A DNA stretch of 64,000 nucleotides from Candidatus Eiseniibacteriota bacterium (lineage in GTDB: Bacteria; Eisenbacteria; RBG-16-71-46), in NCBI GenBank assembly GCA_963744995.1, contig CAVUWA010000009.1:352001-416000 (forward strand), written 5' to 3'. Positions 60,583 to 64,000 of the stretch are shown here, one piece after another (within the stretch, counting starts at the first letter, position 1; every line of letters begins with the position of its first letter). The notes under the pieces are model-generated. The model searched no databases. It saw only the letters and a program-made list of their open reading frames with translations, and was not told the origin of the DNA. A program made the translations under genes and the position numbers.

Positions 60583-62271
60583 GTGCGCGGCCGATGGGTG
60601 TTTGATCCCGCGCGGCGCTGGCGCGGCGGTGTGGTGGAGCTGGAATGGCACGGTCGCCATTCCCCCGAGCACGGCGACTGGTGCGTTGCCGAGGTCGAGC
60701 CGGGCGGCACGGCGCAGCTCGTCGAGCTGCTCGGGGCCGAAGACCGGCCGGAGTGGGACGAGGCCGCGATCGTCTCGCAGTTCCGCCTGCGCAGCCGGTT
60801 CCCGAGGGCCGTGCTCGAGGAGACCGCGGCCCGGCACGAACCCACGGCGGCCGAAATCGCGCGTCGCGAGGACCTGCGTGACCGGCTGATCTTCACGATC
60901 GATCCGCACGACGCCCGCGATCACGACGACGCTCTTTCGGTGCGGGCGGCGGCAAACGGCCGGCTCGAAGTCGGAGTCCACATCGCCGACGTCTCGCACT
61001 ACGTGCGGCGCGGCTCGGCACTCGATCGCGAGGCCGTGCGGCGCGGCACGAGCTGCTATCTGCCGGGCGGAGTGGTGCCGATGCTGCCCGAGCGACTGTC
61101 GGCCGACCTGTGCTCGCTGGTCCCCGGCCGCGATCGCCACGCGCTCTCCGTGTTCGCCGAGCTCGACCCCGACGGCACGCTGCAGCGCTACCGTTTCGCC
61201 GAGACCGTGATCCGCAGCGCCCACCGGCTCTCCTACGAGGAGGTGCAGGCCGCGTTCGACGGGGCCGGCGATCTCGACGCGGGCCTGCTCGAGGCCTTGC
61301 AGACGCTGCGCATGCTCGCGCGGCGGCTGCGCGCCCGCCGCTTCGAGCACGGCGCGCTGGCGATCGAGGGTCAGGAGACGAAGGTGGAGGTCGACGCGAA
61401 CGGGTATCCGGTGCGGATCGAGCGCCGGGTGCACCTCGAGAGCCATGAGTTGATCGAAGAGTTCATGCTGCTCGCCAACCGCATCGTCGGCCAGGAGGGG
61501 GCGCGCCGTGCCGCAGGCGTGCTCTACCGCGTCCACGAAGCGCCGTCGCCGCACCGGCTGCTGGAACTCGACCTCGCGCTCAAGGCGCTCGCGCTGCCGC
61601 GGCTCGGGCCGATGCCGGATCCGGCGAAGGCGCTGCAGACCCTGCTCGCGACCCGCCTGGACCCCGCGCACCGCGCCCTGCTGCACCGCATGGTGCTGCG
61701 CTCGCTGCCGCGCGCCCGGTACCAGGAGCGCGACTACGGCCACTTCGGCCTCGCGACCCGCGAATACTGCCACTTCACCTCGCCGATCCGGCGCTATCCC
61801 GACCTCCACAACCATCGCCGCGTGCGCGAGTGGATCCGCGGGCAGAAGCCGGGGGCCTGGGATCCGGTGGCGCTCGCCGAGCTCGGCGTGCAGTGCAGCG
61901 CCACCGAACAGACGGCTACCGACGCCGAACGCGAGGCCGTCCGGGTGAAGGGATTGCGGCATCTCGAGGGGCGACTCGGGGACCGTGCATCGGGTATGAT
62001 CACCGGCCTTGTCCCGCGCGGCTTCTTCGTGGAGCTTCACGACGTTCCGGTGGAAGGCTTCGTGCGCGTAGGGCAGGATCTCGACGATGCATTCACGCTC
62101 GACGCGAGCGGCGTCCGCATGACGGGACGCCGCAGCCGCAAACGATTCGCGCTGGGCGACACGGTCGAAGTCACGATCGCTCGCGTGGACGTGCCGGCGC
62201 GCGAATGCGATCTTGCGCTGGTTCACCCGCGGCGGAGTTCCCGCCGCCGGCACCGAGGGAGGGTGGGATGA
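60583..62271 (+). CDS. rnr: RNase II/R family 3'-5' exoribonuclease (RNB + S1), short N-terminus
   Basis: FTIDPHDARDHDDA, HIADVSHYV, PMLPERLS, IEEFMLLAN, HFGLA, HFTSPIRRYPDL, S1 domain, basic tail. Confidence 0.88.
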   Translation: MRGRWVFDPARRWRGGVVELEWHGRHSPEHGDWCVAEVEPGGTAQLVELLGAEDRPEWDEAAIVSQFRLRSRFPRAVLEETAARHEPTAAEIARREDLRDRLIFTIDPHDARDHDDALSVRAAANGRLEVGVHIADVSHYVRRGSALDREAVRRGTSCYLPGGVVPMLPERLSADLCSLVPGRDRHALSVFAELDPDGTLQRYRFAETVIRSAHRLSYEEVQAAFDGAGDLDAGLLEALQTLRMLARRLRARRFEHGALAIEGQETKVEVDANGYPVRIERRVHLESHELIEEFMLLANRIVGQEGARRAAGVLYRVHEAPSPHRLLELDLALKALALPRLGPMPDPAKALQTLLATRLDPAHRALLHRMVLRSLPRARYQERDYGHFGLATREYCHFTSPIRRYPDLHNHRRVREWIRGQKPGAWDPVALAELGVQCSATEQTATDAEREAVRVKGLRHLEGRLGDRASGMITGLVPRGFFVELHDVPVEGFVRVGQDLDDAFTLDASGVRMTGRRSRKRFALGDTVEVTIARVDVPARECDLALVHPRRSSRRRHRGRVG

Positions 62272-62789
62272 CCCCGAAGAAGACGGCCCGCCGTGGCACG
62301 GAACGCCGGGAGATGCCGCGCGCCGATGCGCGTCTCAGCATGCGCCTGGAAGGCGAGCAGGACGAAGGCGCACGCACGCAGATCGTCACCGAGAGCCAGA
62401 ACATCTCCTGCAGCGGCGTCTACTGTTATTCGTCCCACTTCCTCGCGCCGCTCTCGAAGGTCGACCTGACGATCGTCCTGCCGCAGATGCCCGACCGCAA
62501 GACGCGCCAGGAGCTGGTGAAATGCGAGGGGATCGTCGTGCGCTGCGAGGCGACGGCGTCGCGCAGCCCGGTGCGCCACTACGAGCTGGCCTGTATGTTC
62601 TCGGATCTCGATCCGGCTCAGCGCGAGCGCATCGAAGCGTTCGTGACGTGGCGCAACATTCAGGCGCTGCGGGCCGCGACGCGCACGGTGGGCGGCATGC
62701 GCACGGTGACGCGCCCGCGCGGCGGCGCAGCGGCCGGCACGGCACGCAAGTCGGCGCGCAAGAAGACGCCGCGCCGGGCGGCGCGATAG
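62268..62789 (+). CDS. PilZ domain protein
   Basis: RxxxR (ERREMPR) and NxSxxG (NISCSG) c-di-GMP motifs, GIVVR; ATGA overlap with the RNase gene. Confidence 0.8.
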   Translation: MTPKKTARRGTERREMPRADARLSMRLEGEQDEGARTQIVTESQNISCSGVYCYSSHFLAPLSKVDLTIVLPQMPDRKTRQELVKCEGIVVRCEATASRSPVRHYELACMFSDLDPAQRERIEAFVTWRNIQALRAATRTVGGMRTVTRPRGGAAAGTARKSARKKTPRRAAR

Positions 62790-62839
62790 CCACGTGCCGC
62801 CAGGCGCAGGCCCCGACGCCGGGCGAGCGTGACGCGCCG

Positions 62840-64000
62840 ATGATGCCGCGCCCGATCACCGTCCGGCCCGCCGCGCGGGTGGGTGGCACGTTCGAGCCCC
62901 CGGGCGACAAGTCGATCACGCACCGCGCCTACCTGCTCGCGCTGCTCGCGCACGGCGAGAGCGTGATCGAACGGCCGAATCCGGGCGCCGACTGCGAGGC
63001 GACGCTCGCGGCGGTCACCGCACTGGGCGGCCACGTGTCGCGCACGGACGCAACGGTGCGGATCGGCGGCCGCGGCGACGCGCGGGTGGAGCCCGAGGGC
63101 GTCATCGACTGCGGCAACTCGGGGACCTCGCTGCGGCTGCTGGCCGGAGTGCTCGCCGCGCAGCCGGGCCTCGCGGTGCTCGACGGTGACGCCTCGCTCA
63201 GGCGGCGCCCCGTGGCGCGCATCGTGACGCCGCTGGTGCGCATGGGGGCATGGCTGGCCGCACGCGCGGGCGACCGGTTTCCGCCGCTGGTGATCCGCGG
63301 CGCGGCGCTGCGCGGCATCGCGTACGAGGCGCCGGTCGCGAGCGCTCAGGTGCAGAGCTGCGTGCTGCTCGCAGGTCTCGACGCCCGCGGCCGCACCTCG
63401 GTTGCGCTGCCGGGGCCGGCACGCGACCATACGCGGCGCATGCTGTCCGCGTTCGGAGTTCAGACGGAGGCGGCGCCCGCTGGCGCCGGCGAGCGCGTCG
63501 CGGTCGAGGGCCCGGCGCGGCTCTCGGGCACGGCGCTGCGCGTTCCCGGTGACTTTTCCGCCGCCGCGTTCTTCCTCGCCGCCGCCGCGGCGACCCCCGG
63601 CGCACGGGTCACCGCGGCGGGTGTGGGGCTCAATCCCACCCGCACCGGGCTGCTCGACGTGCTGGAGGCGATGGGCGCGCGGGTCGAGCGCAGCGCCCTG
63701 CGGGATGCCGCCGGCGAGCCGGTGGGCGACGTGAGCGTCGAGGGCCCGGAGGCGCTGCGGCCGTTCGACGTTCCTGCCGAGTGGCTGCCGCGGCTGCTGG
63801 ACGAGGTGCCTGCGTGGGCGCTGGCCGCCGCCGCCGCCCGCGGCATCTCGCGCGTCAGCGGGGCCGCGGAACTGCGGGTCAAGGAGAGCGACCGCCTGGC
63901 GGGGCTCGCCAGCGGGCTCGCGCGTCTGGGCATTGCGGTCGAAGAGGCGCAGGACGGTCTCGCGATCACCGGCGGGCAGGCCGCGGGAGGCCGCGTGAGC
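62840..64000 (+). CDS. aroA: 3-phosphoshikimate 1-carboxyvinyltransferase (EPSP synthase), runs off the window end
   Basis: Read from DNA: PGDKSITHRA, DCGNSGT, LRRRPV, ASAQV, PGDFSAAAF, LNPTRTG, GEPVGD, DEVP, LRVKESDRL. Confidence 0.95.
   Translation, partial: MMPRPITVRPAARVGGTFEPPGDKSITHRAYLLALLAHGESVIERPNPGADCEATLAAVTALGGHVSRTDATVRIGGRGDARVEPEGVIDCGNSGTSLRLLAGVLAAQPGLAVLDGDASLRRRPVARIVTPLVRMGAWLAARAGDRFPPLVIRGAALRGIAYEAPVASAQVQSCVLLAGLDARGRTSVALPGPARDHTRRMLSAFGVQTEAAPAGAGERVAVEGPARLSGTALRVPGDFSAAAFFLAAAAATPGARVTAAGVGLNPTRTGLLDVLEAMGARVERSALRDAAGEPVGDVSVEGPEALRPFDVPAEWLPRLLDEVPAWALAAAAARGISRVSGAAELRVKESDRLAGLASGLARLGIAVEEAQDGLAITGGQAAGGRVS

Overview
A very GC-rich, densely coding chromosomal segment of a diderm (LPS-producing) bacterium. 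Gene content suggests an FCB-related or candidate-phylum organism such as Ca. Eisenbacteria, which is inference only. Almost all genes are on the + strand. In order: an LPS-core block (MsbA-like ABC exporter, two GT9 heptosyltransferases, a GmhB fusion) interrupted by proS; a minus-strand TPR/Zn-finger membrane protein and DUF4388-pilin-like pair; asnS; a GT-C-type membrane glycosyltransferase; an operon of PstS-like lipoprotein, TPR, STAS, ExbB, ExbD, ExbD and TonB, plus a second TonB; a Yip1-TolC-MFP-ATPase exporter with four MacB-type permeases; uvrA; threonine/glycine catabolism (tdh, kbl, gcvT, gcvH, gcvPA, gcvPB); an eight-gene uncharacterised cluster built around a GlmL/MutL-like ASKHA ATPase and DUF6754-type membrane proteins, with no glutamate mutase in the window; a lipoate ligase/octanoyltransferase; an Opp/Dpp peptide ABC importer with two binding proteins; a bacterial microcompartment (BMC) locus (2 hexamers, 1 trimer, 3 pentamers, acylating aldehyde dehydrogenase) with no signature enzyme; then an FmdB Zn-ribbon protein, HU/IHF, a 31-aa bS22-like ribosomal protein missed by the ORF track, an RNase R-like nuclease, a PilZ protein and the start of aroA. 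I saw no tRNA, rRNA, CRISPR array or mobile element. The best candidates for undescribed biology are the GlmL-DUF6754 cluster, the orphan BMC locus, the receptor-less TonB/PstS/TPR/STAS operon and two structured intergenic elements (about 13.15-13.37 kb and 56.0-56.2 kb). All family assignments are from motif recognition by eye; no searches were run.
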